64,000 nt of DNA, from contig CBDAOB010000005.1 in NCBI GenBank assembly GCA_965197905.1, positions 1,504,001 to 1,568,000 on the forward strand. The letters are read 5' to 3'. Below the pieces are notes generated by a model. That model was not told the origin of the DNA and did no database searches. It worked only from the letters and a program-made list of their open reading frames with translations. This DNA is from Candidatus Latescibacterota bacterium. GTDB lineage: Bacteria; Latescibacterota; UBA2968; UBA8231. Made by a program: the position numbers and the translations under genes. The stretch's first letter is position 1, and each line of letters opens with the position of its first letter. Of this stretch, positions 29,095 to 38,824 are shown piece by piece.

Positions 29095-29859
29095 ATGTCT
29101 GACACAGTTCTGGCCGCACAGCTTTACACCGTTCGGGATTTTCTGAAAACACCGCAAGAGATTCAGAGCTCCCTGGAAAGAGTGCGCGGTATCGGGTACG
29201 AAGCGGTACAGCTGTCGGCGCTTGGGCCGATCGAGCCACGCGCCTTGAGAGAGGTCGCCGATGACTTGGGGTTACGCATCGTCGCCACACACGTCGACTA
29301 CGAGAGAATTTGCTCCGATGTTCAGTCGGTGATCGACGAGCACGAAATCTGGTCGTGCAAGAACGTGGCTATCGGTTCTATGCCACAATCCTACCGCGAC
29401 AGCGATGGATTCGCGCGTTTCGCACGCGACGCATCGGCAGCGGCCGCCCCCCTGATTGAAGCGGGACTGACCTTCAGCTACCACAATCACAGCTTCGAGT
29501 TCGAGAGAATCGACCACCGCACCGGCATGGAGATCCTGTTCGAAGAGAGTGATCCCGGCAAATTTTTCGCCGAGTTGGACACCTACTGGGTTCAGCATGG
29601 CGGCGCCAACCCCGTTACCTGGATTCGCAAGTTGGCTGACCGGATAAGCGTCGTGCATCTCAAAGACCTGGCGATGCAAGGCTTTGAACAGAAATTCGCC
29701 GAGGTGGGCGAAGGGAATCTGGAGTGGGAACCGATTCTTGCGGCCTGTAGAGATGCCAGTGTCGAGTGGTATATCGTCGAGCAGGACACTTGTCCGGGCG
29801 ATCCTTTTCAGAGCCTGGAAAAGAGCCTTCATAATCTTCGCAACATGGGACTGAATTGA
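29095..29859 (+). CDS. Sugar phosphate isomerase/epimerase (xylose-isomerase-like TIM barrel)
   Basis: QLYTVR, YHNHSFEF, ELDTYW, VHLKD, IVEQD. Confidence 0.88.
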   Translation: MSDTVLAAQLYTVRDFLKTPQEIQSSLERVRGIGYEAVQLSALGPIEPRALREVADDLGLRIVATHVDYERICSDVQSVIDEHEIWSCKNVAIGSMPQSYRDSDGFARFARDASAAAAPLIEAGLTFSYHNHSFEFERIDHRTGMEILFEESDPGKFFAELDTYWVQHGGANPVTWIRKLADRISVVHLKDLAMQGFEQKFAEVGEGNLEWEPILAACRDASVEWYIVEQDTCPGDPFQSLEKSLHNLRNMGLN

Positions 29860-29860
29860 A

Positions 29861-30637
29861 ATGGGACATCTGGGGTCTTTTGAGCTGAACGACAAAGTTG
29901 TAGTTGTAACCGGTGCCGGAAGAGGGATCGGGCGTCAAATTGCCATGGATGCGGCCGCCTCCGGGGCCAAGCTTGCCGTCGGAAGCCGCACCATGAGTGA
30001 ATTAGAAAGTCTGGCAGCGGAGATCGAGACTTGCGGTTCCGAATGTTTTTGCCACCATTTGGATGTGGTGGACGTGGCGTCTATCGAAGAGTTCGTCGAT
30101 CAGGTAGTCTCCCACTACGGTCGCATCGACGTGCTCATAAACAACGCCGGTTACAACAAGCTGTCGGCGGCATTGGACTACGACGAGGCGCTGTTCGATC
30201 AAATCGTGGATGCCAATCTCAAAAACGTGTTCTTCTGTTCGCAGAGCGTAGCCAAAAGGATGATTGCCCAGGGGTCAGGCGGGAATATCGTCAACATCTC
30301 GTCGCAAGCGGGGGTAGTCGGAGCGCCGGAGCGAGGCCCTTACAGCGGCGCCAAGGGAGGGGTAAACAATATGACCAAGACGCTGGCGGCGGAATGGGCG
30401 TCGCATGGCATTCGGGTGAATGCCGTGGCACCGACGGTAACCCGGTCGCCGCTGGCAGAGCAGGCGATGAAGGACAGTCAGGCGTTTGCGGACGCGGTGA
30501 AAGAGAAGAATCTCATTCGCCGCGATCTCGCCGAACCTTACGAGATCTCGGCGCCCGTTATCTTCCTGGCCTCCGAAGCAGCGAGCATGATTACGGGCCA
30601 TGTCCTGGTGGTCGACGGAGGCTGGACGATCGTCTAG
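29861..30637 (+). CDS. SDR-family oxidoreductase
   Basis: TGAGRGIG, NNAG, YSGAK, VDGG. Confidence 0.93.
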   Translation: MGHLGSFELNDKVVVVTGAGRGIGRQIAMDAAASGAKLAVGSRTMSELESLAAEIETCGSECFCHHLDVVDVASIEEFVDQVVSHYGRIDVLINNAGYNKLSAALDYDEALFDQIVDANLKNVFFCSQSVAKRMIAQGSGGNIVNISSQAGVVGAPERGPYSGAKGGVNNMTKTLAAEWASHGIRVNAVAPTVTRSPLAEQAMKDSQAFADAVKEKNLIRRDLAEPYEISAPVIFLASEAASMITGHVLVVDGGWTIV

Positions 30638-31770
30638 GGTGCGGTGCGGATGAGGCGAGGTTCGCTCTCGACGCGGTACCCCTCAAGAAGCTGGGAAAGT
30701 GATTCATTCGCTTGATGGCCGGCTCCAACGAGTCCGCCGGGATGGACGGCGATGGCGGTCAGAAGATCGACTAGCATAAGGGCATCGCGCTCGTCGATTA
30801 TCTCCCTTTGCAGCTTGTTTCTTCCAAGATTGTGGTAGTTTCCCAAGGGAAGCGCCACTGCTCCCGTGGCGAGCCCCGCCTGCTGCAACGCCGTCGCTTC
30901 GCATGTTCCGCTATCCATCAGTTTCCGCTGAAACCGAAAGTTCGGGTTCTCGGCCCGACATTGCTCCGCCACATGGTTCAGCGCGCCGGAGACGAGGGGG
31001 TCGAACACCTGTTTTTTGTCGCCGATTCGAATCACTGGACCTAGGCCAAGCCGTGCCCCGGAACGGGTGCTGGAGCACTCGATATTCAAATAGATGCGAT
31101 TGCGGCTCAATCCATTGCCGCGTACGGCAGCCAGCATGCCACCGAAACCAATTTCCTCGGCTCGGGTCAACAGCAGTTCGGCCACGACCGGGGTCCCGCT
31201 CTCAAGTAGCTGATCAAGCCAGAACAGACCCACGGCTACGCCTGCCAGGTCGTCGCAGGCTCTCGCGTAGATTCGGTGACCCCGTCGTTGCAGCGGTGGC
31301 AAATCCCAAACGGCAAAAGACCCGGGTCCAACAAGGTGAGTATCTTGTTTCGCGTTAGCCTTTACCCGGAAGCGCGGTTCGGTGCCGGCCACTCTACCCG
31401 TGACTCTTGCCCGTACGCACCTCTCGATGTCGTCGCTATTTACGTTGTATATGCAGACAAGGGCGCCCACAATTCCCCTCGCGGGAAGACGACCCAAGCT
31501 CTCGAACTCGAATTCCCGTTTTGCCCGATTGGAAACCCAGCCCAAGCCTGGGTGGTCTAGGTGGGCGGTCGCCACGAGCGGCGTTGCAGACCGCTTCGAG
31601 GTACCGCGGTATATCAGGCGCAAGTTCCCGAACCGATCGGCTGTGCAGGTGATCTGTTCACGACGAGCAAGGTACTCCCGGATCGCCGCGACGACGAAGT
31701 GTTCGTGATAAGCGGCGGTGGGAAGCGTCAACAGCTCTTTTGCAAAGGTGAAAAACCCGCTTGCTTTCAT
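30634..31770 (-). CDS. M20/M28/M42-type Zn metallohydrolase
   Basis: AHLDHPG, ACDDLAG, AEEIGF, IECS, NYHN metal ligands. Start placed at MKASGFF. Confidence 0.8.
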   Translation of the reverse strand: MKASGFFTFAKELLTLPTAAYHEHFVVAAIREYLARREQITCTADRFGNLRLIYRGTSKRSATPLVATAHLDHPGLGWVSNRAKREFEFESLGRLPARGIVGALVCIYNVNSDDIERCVRARVTGRVAGTEPRFRVKANAKQDTHLVGPGSFAVWDLPPLQRRGHRIYARACDDLAGVAVGLFWLDQLLESGTPVVAELLLTRAEEIGFGGMLAAVRGNGLSRNRIYLNIECSSTRSGARLGLGPVIRIGDKKQVFDPLVSGALNHVAEQCRAENPNFRFQRKLMDSGTCEATALQQAGLATGAVALPLGNYHNLGRNKLQREIIDERDALMLVDLLTAIAVHPGGLVGAGHQANESLSQLLEGYRVESEPRLIRTAP

Positions 31771-31879
31771 ATCCTGCCTTTCGGTTGGCAGATCGGAAGC
31801 TACACTCCACCCCCGGGCGCGCAACCTGCTTCCAACGTTACTTTACGACGCCCATCTGCGGTCGTATATTTTACCCGCA

Positions 31880-32245
31880 ATGAGTACCCTCCTCGGACGC
31901 ATCTACGATCTATTCCGGGCCAACATGTCAGAGGCATCTTCGGTGCGGCTTGGCGCCGAATCTGAGCCCGCCGCCGACACCGGTCACGCCGACCCGCCAT
32001 CTCAACCCCACGTCGATAGCCGCATGGCCGGTTATTACGCCAACCTCGAGGTTCCGTATGGCTCTGATATGGGGGTTGTCCGCGCCGCGTGGAAACGGCA
32101 AATGAAGAAATACCATCCCGATATGCATGCCGACGACGCCGAGAAACGCCGCATAGCCAACGAGCTTGCGGCCCAGCTGACAACTGCATATCGCGAGCTG
32201 GAGCACTCTCTCAAACAGAAAGAAGAAGGCCACATCGATGTCTGA
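31880..32245 (+). CDS. Small J-domain (DnaJ-like) co-chaperone
   Basis: YYANLEV...VRAAWKRQMKKYHPD...AYREL; HPD intact; stop overlaps the next gene. Confidence 0.88.
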   Translation: MSTLLGRIYDLFRANMSEASSVRLGAESEPAADTGHADPPSQPHVDSRMAGYYANLEVPYGSDMGVVRAAWKRQMKKYHPDMHADDAEKRRIANELAAQLTTAYRELEHSLKQKEEGHIDV

Positions 32246-32636
32246 GCGATTTGAACAAGTGAAGGAGTTTGTCCTCGAATTGGGATTGAGTATCGATCAG
32301 GAGATTCCCGAGGATGAGATCGTCATCGTAAACGATCAGGAGCGCGGCATTCAGAATCTGGTAATCGATTGCGAAGACGATGTGCTGGTACTTGAGCAGC
32401 TCATCATGGAAGCCGGTCATATCGCCAAAGCAGAGGTCTTCAAACGCATTCTGCAGATGAATCGGGAACTGGTCTACGGCGCGTTCGTACTCAATGAAGA
32501 GGGGGACACACTCATCTACCGGAATACCCTCGCGTTGGAGAATCTCGATCTGAACGAATTGGAAAGCACCATCAATGCGCTCAGCCTTGGTCTGGCCGAA
32601 AACGGCGCCGAGCTGTTAGAATTTTCAAAAGGGTAA
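32238..32636 (+). CDS. YbjN/CesT-fold chaperone-like protein
   Basis: Acidic 132 aa; LQMNRELVYGAF..RNTLALENLD.NE; directly upstream of pspA. Confidence 0.8.
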   Translation: MSERFEQVKEFVLELGLSIDQEIPEDEIVIVNDQERGIQNLVIDCEDDVLVLEQLIMEAGHIAKAEVFKRILQMNRELVYGAFVLNEEGDTLIYRNTLALENLDLNELESTINALSLGLAENGAELLEFSKG

Positions 32637-32646
32637 GGAAACTGCG

Positions 32647-33354
32647 ATGGCAGGCATATTTCAACGGTTGTTCAAGACGGGTCAGGCCGAGGCGCATGCT
32701 TTGGTCGACAAGCTAGAAGACCCGATCAAAATCAGCGAGCAGGCGATACGCGATCTGAAGAAGGACCTCCATGAGAGTTTGAAGAGCCTTGCGGAGGTGA
32801 AAGCGATCGCTATTCGAATGAATAGAGAGGCTTCCGACGCCAAACGTCTCGCCGAGGATTACGAGCGCAAGGCTATGATGTTGCTGCAAAAGGCGCAGGA
32901 AGGAGAGATGGCCGGGGAGGAGGCGGATCGATTGGCTCGGGAAGCGCTGACACGTAAGGAAGAAGCCTCCGGTAGGGCGCTTCAGGGGGTGCAGCAGGCG
33001 CAAACCCAACAAGAGATGGTAGCCAAGCTGCAGAGCAACACTCAGGAGCTGAAGTCCAAAATAGGGTCCTATGAGAACGATCTGATAACGCTTAAGGCGA
33101 GGGCCAAAACCGCCAACGCCACCAGGAAGATCAACCAGCGCCTGGCGAATGTCGATTCGAAGGGCACCGTGGCCCTGCTCGAACGGATGAAGGAGAAGGT
33201 GGAGGAGCAGGAAGCGCTCGGAGCGGCATACGGGGAAATGGCGGATAACTCAAAGTCGATCGATGACGAGATCGATCAAGCCCTTACTACCGGCTCTTCG
33301 GCAAAGACAGATGATTCGCTGGCGGCGCTCAAGGCGAAAATGGGTGTGTCGTAA
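32647..33354 (+). CDS. pspA: PspA/IM30 (ESCRT-III-like) family protein
   Basis: GIFQRL..DKLEDP...EQAIRDL, LAREAL, LKARAKTA, LERMKEKV, LAALKAKMG. Confidence 0.93.
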   Translation: MAGIFQRLFKTGQAEAHALVDKLEDPIKISEQAIRDLKKDLHESLKSLAEVKAIAIRMNREASDAKRLAEDYERKAMMLLQKAQEGEMAGEEADRLAREALTRKEEASGRALQGVQQAQTQQEMVAKLQSNTQELKSKIGSYENDLITLKARAKTANATRKINQRLANVDSKGTVALLERMKEKVEEQEALGAAYGEMADNSKSIDDEIDQALTTGSSAKTDDSLAALKAKMGVS

Positions 33355-33436
33355 AGTGGGTCGATGCTGCCGGCCAACAGACGACATCACCTGACCTGAC
33401 CACCTCCGAACATCCAGCATGACTTAGGAAGGGTGT

Positions 33437-35107
33437 ATGCCCCTCCTGACCCGCAGACGGTTCCTGGGGTTGATGGCTTCCGGGTGCGGACTGCCGCTCG
33501 TCCCCTCTTGCCAGCCAGACAGCCTTCCTCCCAAGCTGGATGCGATTCCCGGGACATTCCTCAATCCGAATCCGATCCGCGGGCACATTCTCCGATCCCG
33601 TACCAAGACCTCCAATCTCCCCGCTGTCGCCGAGGCGCGATTCGATGCCATTGTGGTGGGTGGGGGCATCTCCGGCCTCTGCGCCGCGCGGAAGCTTGCC
33701 GGCGCCGGCGTTGAAAACCTGGTCCTACTGGAGTTGGAAAGCCGACTTGGGGGAACCTCCTTGGCAGACAATACCCCCGGCTCCGAATGCCCCTGGGGGG
33801 CTCACTACATTCACGTTCCTCCCCCAGAAGCAGATTGCGTCCACGAGCTGCTGGGCGAGATCGGCGTCATCGAAGGGTACGACGCCCGCGGGTGGCCACT
33901 GATTCCAGACGAATACCTGCTGCGATGGCCCCATGAGCGCTTGTATTCCGAAGGAGAATGGAGAGCGGATCTCAACCCCCTTGACGACCTTTCGGATGCT
34001 GATCGGGAGCAATTCCTGCGTTTTAAGGACGACATGTTGCGCTGGGCACTCTACCGCGGACGCGATGGGCGTAAGGCTTTTGCGATGCCACTGCGGTACA
34101 GCACTTCTGACGCCGCTGTTCGGGAGCTCGACCGCATTTCGATGCGGGATTATATCAGCCGTCAGGGGTGGTCGGCAGAGTGGGTCTCGTGGTTGACCGA
34201 TTATGCCTGCCGTGACGACTACGGCGGAACGGCGAGTCAGGTGTCGGCATGGGCGGGTGTTCACTACTTCGCGTGTCGCAATTACGACTACCGCATTGAG
34301 GCGGACTATCCAACCGATGTGTTGACTTGGCCGACAGGTAACGGTTTTATCGCCGACCGCCTTTCCGGCTCTCTGGAACCTCATCAGCGACAGGTCAATG
34401 CAGCCGTGGCACACATCGCACCAAACGGCGAAGGTGTCGACGTCGGCTACATCGACCTCGAGTCGGGCGAGATGCGATTGATCCACGGCAAAACGGTAGT
34501 GTATGCGGGGAAGCTCTACACCGCTCCGCACGTGGTGCGTGGGTTGCCGGAGTCCCAGCAGTCGGCCATGGCGCAACCCATCTACTGCCCGTGGCTGGTG
34601 GCCGCGGTCCGGACAACAATGCCACTCGCCGGATTCGGAGAGCACTGGGAAAACATCCTATTCGACAGCCCCTCGGTGGGGTACGTGAATCCGGCTCATC
34701 AACGTTCCCGCGACAAACAGAACGATCTGCTTGTCTACTATCTACCCTTGTGCGACGATCCGCAAAAGGCGCGCCGCAATTTGCAGCATAGGGACCATCA
34801 ATACTGGGCGTCAGCTGTCGTCGCAGATCTCCTGCCGGCGCATCCCGATCTGCTCGATCTCTTAGAAGCCGTCGATATCTATCGCTGGGGGCATGGAATG
34901 ATCCGGCCCAGTCCCGGATTGATATGGGGAGCTTCCAGCAGGTGGAGGCGCCAACCGCTGGACGGAATATTCTTCGCCACCTGCGACGCAACCGGGCTGC
35001 CGCTTTTCGAAGAGGCGGTGTTCAACGGCTATCGCGCCGCGGAGGAGGCACTAACTCGGCTAGGCGTAGGTTTTGAAACCTCGCTGAAGGGGCTCGCAGA
35101 TGGCTGA
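33437..35107 (+). CDS. Flavin-containing amine-oxidase-like protein with Tat signal
   Basis: TRRRFL twin-arginine motif, VVGGGISGL, GAHY, SAWAG.HYFA, RWGHGM, LFEEA. Confidence 0.82.
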   Translation: MPLLTRRRFLGLMASGCGLPLVPSCQPDSLPPKLDAIPGTFLNPNPIRGHILRSRTKTSNLPAVAEARFDAIVVGGGISGLCAARKLAGAGVENLVLLELESRLGGTSLADNTPGSECPWGAHYIHVPPPEADCVHELLGEIGVIEGYDARGWPLIPDEYLLRWPHERLYSEGEWRADLNPLDDLSDADREQFLRFKDDMLRWALYRGRDGRKAFAMPLRYSTSDAAVRELDRISMRDYISRQGWSAEWVSWLTDYACRDDYGGTASQVSAWAGVHYFACRNYDYRIEADYPTDVLTWPTGNGFIADRLSGSLEPHQRQVNAAVAHIAPNGEGVDVGYIDLESGEMRLIHGKTVVYAGKLYTAPHVVRGLPESQQSAMAQPIYCPWLVAAVRTTMPLAGFGEHWENILFDSPSVGYVNPAHQRSRDKQNDLLVYYLPLCDDPQKARRNLQHRDHQYWASAVVADLLPAHPDLLDLLEAVDIYRWGHGMIRPSPGLIWGASSRWRRQPLDGIFFATCDATGLPLFEEAVFNGYRAAEEALTRLGVGFETSLKGLADG

Positions 35108-36632
35108 AACGCGTGAGAAGATCTCCCCTTTTGGCATGGCACTCCTGCTCAGCGCCATATTCGTCGTCGCCGGGTGCGGCATCGTGTACGAGCTGCTCAT
35201 TGGCAGCACCTCCTCCTACTTTCTTGGAGACAGTGTCGAACAGTTTTCCCTGACTATCGGATTTTTCCTGTTCGCCATGGGCGTGGGATCGTGGATCTCG
35301 AGCTTGATCCAGGAGAAGCTGCTGGAGCGGTTGATCGGTATTGAGATCTGGCTTGGACTTGTAGGGGGCGGGTCGGTGCCGTTCCTCTACTCCGTCTTTT
35401 CCGGATCCGGACACTTCCGTTACTGGATGGTGGTGTCGATAGTTGCGATCGGTGTTTTGATCGGCCTGGAGATCCCGCTCCTCGCTCGCATCTTGCGGCG
35501 TGCCGGATCTCTCCGCACCATTCTCGCCAACGTTCTCACGCTCGACTATCTGGGGGCGCTGATAGCCGCGCTCCTATTTCCGTACCTGTTGCTGCCCTCC
35601 CTGGGAGCCCTGCACACTTCCGTCGCCGTCGGTCTGGTGAACCTAGCGGTTGGTGCCGCTATTCTCGCCGGTTTTTGGCGGGTATTGAGTCTCGCCGCCC
35701 GCCGATTCCTGGCAGTGCAGTGCATCGTCGCGGTCCTCGTTCTTATTGGGCTTCTGGTGAAGGCGGGCCCTCTGCTGGAGCGTTGGGAAAGCAAACTCTA
35801 CGCCGACCAGATCGTCTTCAGCGAGCAATCCCGCTATCAAAGGATCGTACTCACGTCCTGGCACGACGACCTTCGCCTGTATCTGAACGGTCATCTGCAG
35901 TTCTCAGCGCTGGACGAGGATCGCTACCACGAGGCACTCGTACATCCGGCGATGGAGCTGACGGCAAACCGCAGCCGCGTACTCATCATAGGTGGAGGTG
36001 ACGGCCTCTCGGCCCGGGAAGTGTTGAAATACGAGGACGTGGAGCAGATCGATCTGGTGGACCTGGATCCAGCAGTCACCGATCTCGCCCGCCGCAACCC
36101 GCACGTGGCCGAGCTCAACGAACAATCACTCAGCAATCCCAAGGTGCGAATCGTCAACGAAGACGGATTCCTGTACCTGCAGCGCAGCCATCTTCAATAC
36201 GGCGTGATATTTCTCGACCTTCCCGACCCGCGTGAGGAGTCATTGGCGAAACTTTACTCTGTGGAGGCCTACAAGCTGGTGGAACGTCTGCTCTCCCCCG
36301 GGGGCGCGATGGCAACTCAAGCCACTAGTCCGTATTTCTCGAGAACCGCTTTCTGGTGTATTGGCCGAACTCTCGAAGCGTCGGGATTCCAGGTCCATTC
36401 CTACCATCTGTTAGTTCCCTCGTTCGGCGAGTGGGGGTTTCACCTTGGATCCCGGAGAGCGATCGCCTACGATGAGATACAATTTTCGCCTCGGACCACA
36501 CTTATGACCTCGGAAACCTGGAAGGGCATGTCCTGCTTCGACAGGGATATGGGCCCAATTTTGGCAGCGCCGAACAGACTTGATAAACCGATGTTGGCGC
36601 GTTATTATCGACAAGATTGGGAGCGATGGTAA
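35100..36632 (+). CDS. speE: Membrane-anchored polyamine aminopropyltransferase (spermidine-synthase-like)
   Basis: About 7 N-terminal TM helices; then QSRYQ, DE.RYHEALVHP, LIIGGGDG, DLPDP, VPSFGEWGF. Confidence 0.9.
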   Translation: MAETREKISPFGMALLLSAIFVVAGCGIVYELLIGSTSSYFLGDSVEQFSLTIGFFLFAMGVGSWISSLIQEKLLERLIGIEIWLGLVGGGSVPFLYSVFSGSGHFRYWMVVSIVAIGVLIGLEIPLLARILRRAGSLRTILANVLTLDYLGALIAALLFPYLLLPSLGALHTSVAVGLVNLAVGAAILAGFWRVLSLAARRFLAVQCIVAVLVLIGLLVKAGPLLERWESKLYADQIVFSEQSRYQRIVLTSWHDDLRLYLNGHLQFSALDEDRYHEALVHPAMELTANRSRVLIIGGGDGLSAREVLKYEDVEQIDLVDLDPAVTDLARRNPHVAELNEQSLSNPKVRIVNEDGFLYLQRSHLQYGVIFLDLPDPREESLAKLYSVEAYKLVERLLSPGGAMATQATSPYFSRTAFWCIGRTLEASGFQVHSYHLLVPSFGEWGFHLGSRRAIAYDEIQFSPRTTLMTSETWKGMSCFDRDMGPILAAPNRLDKPMLARYYRQDWERW

Positions 36633-36658
36633 GTCGTTAGACTATCCAAGGGAGCGAC

Positions 36659-37207
36659 GTGGGTCTCAAGAAATTTTTTAGCCGCGACAAGAACACGGAT
36701 GATGAGTACCGGGAGTACCGGCTCGGGGAGATTGAGCGGGGTTTTCTGGTCGACTACGATCTCAAGACGTGGGAGGTGCGGGCCATAAGCAACTACGACT
36801 ATGACGGGTATCTCACCATGGAGTGGGAGCTGCACAGCGACAGTGGAGTGGGGTTCCTGGAGCAATCCGTTGAAGACGGACAGGCGGAGTGGACTTTCAC
36901 GAAGCGGATTCCAATCGACGCCATTGCGGAAGACGTGGTCGCAGAAGTAGCTTCGAATGACGATCCGCCTCAGCAGATTCACTTCGAGGGCAAGAGCTAC
37001 GAGGCGGACGAAATGAGTGCCGGCATCCAGACCCAAGGGGACGAGGAATCCGAGAAAGAGTTCGTCGGTTGGAGCTATGAGTCGGAGGATGGACGGGTTT
37101 TATTTCTGAACCAGTGGGGCGAGGGAGATTTCTCGGCCTACGAAGGCATCTACGTCGAGGAGTACCAATTCACCGACATTCTGCCGGGAGGATCAGTCGA
37201 AGAGTGA
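36659..37207 (+). CDS. DUF4178-domain protein
   Basis: Acidic beta-rich protein (YDY..EW.L, W.Y..E..L..QW), typical partner in DUF350/speE clusters. Confidence 0.7.
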   Translation: MGLKKFFSRDKNTDDEYREYRLGEIERGFLVDYDLKTWEVRAISNYDYDGYLTMEWELHSDSGVGFLEQSVEDGQAEWTFTKRIPIDAIAEDVVAEVASNDDPPQQIHFEGKSYEADEMSAGIQTQGDEESEKEFVGWSYESEDGRVLFLNQWGEGDFSAYEGIYVEEYQFTDILPGGSVEE

Positions 37208-37953
37208 GCAAGCGGCAATATTATAGGATCGTTCCGGTTTTGCTCTGGACCTCGGCGATTTCCGCCGTCGTCGTCTTGGGATGCGGCAGACGGCAGGATC
37301 CCGTAGCAACCTTGAGCCGCGATCTGGCTCGATACCCCGAATTCTCCCTCATGGTCGAGGACACTCGTATCCAGGACGGGTTTTCCCCCGACTACTTCTT
37401 GCGTTTCAAGATACTGACGGCTGCCGGCCAGAGGGTGGATGGTCGGGACACCCTGATATACACCGATCGCGTGACGAATTGGTACGAGGTCGGAGAGGAT
37501 GTGTTCGGACGTTATGAAAATTTCGTTGGCATGGTGGTCGCTTCGAAGAATCGCGAGGGGCGCATGACCGATGTCCGGCAAGCTCATCCACCGGCGTACC
37601 AGTATGTAGGAAACTCCCAGTACGGCTCTTGGGGTGGAGGCGGATTCTGGCAGTTCTACGGCCAGTACGCCATGATGAGCCACATGATGGGCGGTTGGCG
37701 CGTGGGGCGCAACGACTACAGTGACTATCGCCGCAACTACGAACGTGGGAGGCCGTACCACGGGCCCACCGAAAGGGGACGAACCACCTTCGGTTCGGGC
37801 GGGACGGTGACACAGAAAACGCGGCCGGACTTCTATCGACGCCAGCAACAACGACTGCGCTCGGGAGGCAGAAACTTCTCGAGCCGCGCCCAGAGTCGCA
37901 TGGGTAGGAGCGGCTCCTCATGGGGCAGAGGCTCGGGGTTCAGAGGGAAGTGA
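37204..37953 (+). CDS. Lipoprotein with aromatic/Gly-rich segment and Arg/Gly-rich disordered tail
   Basis: GTGA overlap with the upstream stop; lipobox VLGC; PPAYQYVGN.QYG.W...FW.FYGQY; ends GRGSGFRGK. Confidence 0.75.
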   Translation: MSKRQYYRIVPVLLWTSAISAVVVLGCGRRQDPVATLSRDLARYPEFSLMVEDTRIQDGFSPDYFLRFKILTAAGQRVDGRDTLIYTDRVTNWYEVGEDVFGRYENFVGMVVASKNREGRMTDVRQAHPPAYQYVGNSQYGSWGGGGFWQFYGQYAMMSHMMGGWRVGRNDYSDYRRNYERGRPYHGPTERGRTTFGSGGTVTQKTRPDFYRRQQQRLRSGGRNFSSRAQSRMGRSGSSWGRGSGFRGK

Positions 37954-37975
37954 ACAGCAGCGACGGAGGAAAAAA

Positions 37976-38824
37976 ATGATCGAAGAATTTGCGATTCCCA
38001 TGTCGCGGTCCCTTGCCTACCTCCTGGAGGCATTCGTTCTCCTGTGGGTTGCGAAGTTTGCGTACACCGCGATCTACCGCCGAGTTGAGCTCAAGGTAGA
38101 GCTCTTTCAACGAAACAATCACGCCTTGGCGGTTTCCGTCTCTGGCTATCTCTTCGGAGTTATTCTCGCCTTCGGCGGGGCACTCTCCGGGCCCTCTACG
38201 GGATGGAAATCGGATGCCGTGAGTATCGCCGCCTACGGGGTGGTAGCCATTGTTTTGATGTTGATAGCAAGCTTTCTATGCGAAAAGATATTGCTGCCGC
38301 ATTTCGACAATACCGAAGAGGTCGTTCGCGACCACAATCTGGGCGCGGCGTTTGTCGAAGCGGGTATGCACATAGCCAACGGTCTGATTATTCTGGCTAT
38401 CACACAAGGCTCGGGAGCCTGGTGGATCGGATTGGTATTCTGGGCGTTGGCGCAGGTCGGACTCATTGTCGTTGGCCGTCTCTACGAGGCGGTGACGCCG
38501 CACAAGATTCACGAGGAGCTTCGCAATAACAACGCCGCGGTTGGCCTGGCATTCTGCGGGGCCCTGGTGGGCATGGGCAACATCATCAGCGTCGCCGTGG
38601 CCGGAGACTTTGCCGGCTGGCAGGCGAGTCTCACAGGTTTCGCGGCATACGCTGTGTTCGGTCTGATCGTCCTGTTTGTTTTGAAGCGGCTGACCGATTC
38701 CCTGCTGGCCCCCAGTGTCAAACTGGCGAGCGAGCAAACCGAACAACAGCCCAACCTCGGTGCCGGCCTGCTGGAGGCTTTCGGGTATGTCGGCGGCTCG
38801 ATGCTTCTCGTCTGGGTGCTTTGA
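37976..38824 (+). CDS. DUF350-family membrane protein (duplicated domain)
   Basis: Repeated EL...NN.A..(V/L) motifs between TM helices. Confidence 0.85.
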   Translation: MIEEFAIPMSRSLAYLLEAFVLLWVAKFAYTAIYRRVELKVELFQRNNHALAVSVSGYLFGVILAFGGALSGPSTGWKSDAVSIAAYGVVAIVLMLIASFLCEKILLPHFDNTEEVVRDHNLGAAFVEAGMHIANGLIILAITQGSGAWWIGLVFWALAQVGLIVVGRLYEAVTPHKIHEELRNNNAAVGLAFCGALVGMGNIISVAVAGDFAGWQASLTGFAAYAVFGLIVLFVLKRLTDSLLAPSVKLASEQTEQQPNLGAGLLEAFGYVGGSMLLVWVL

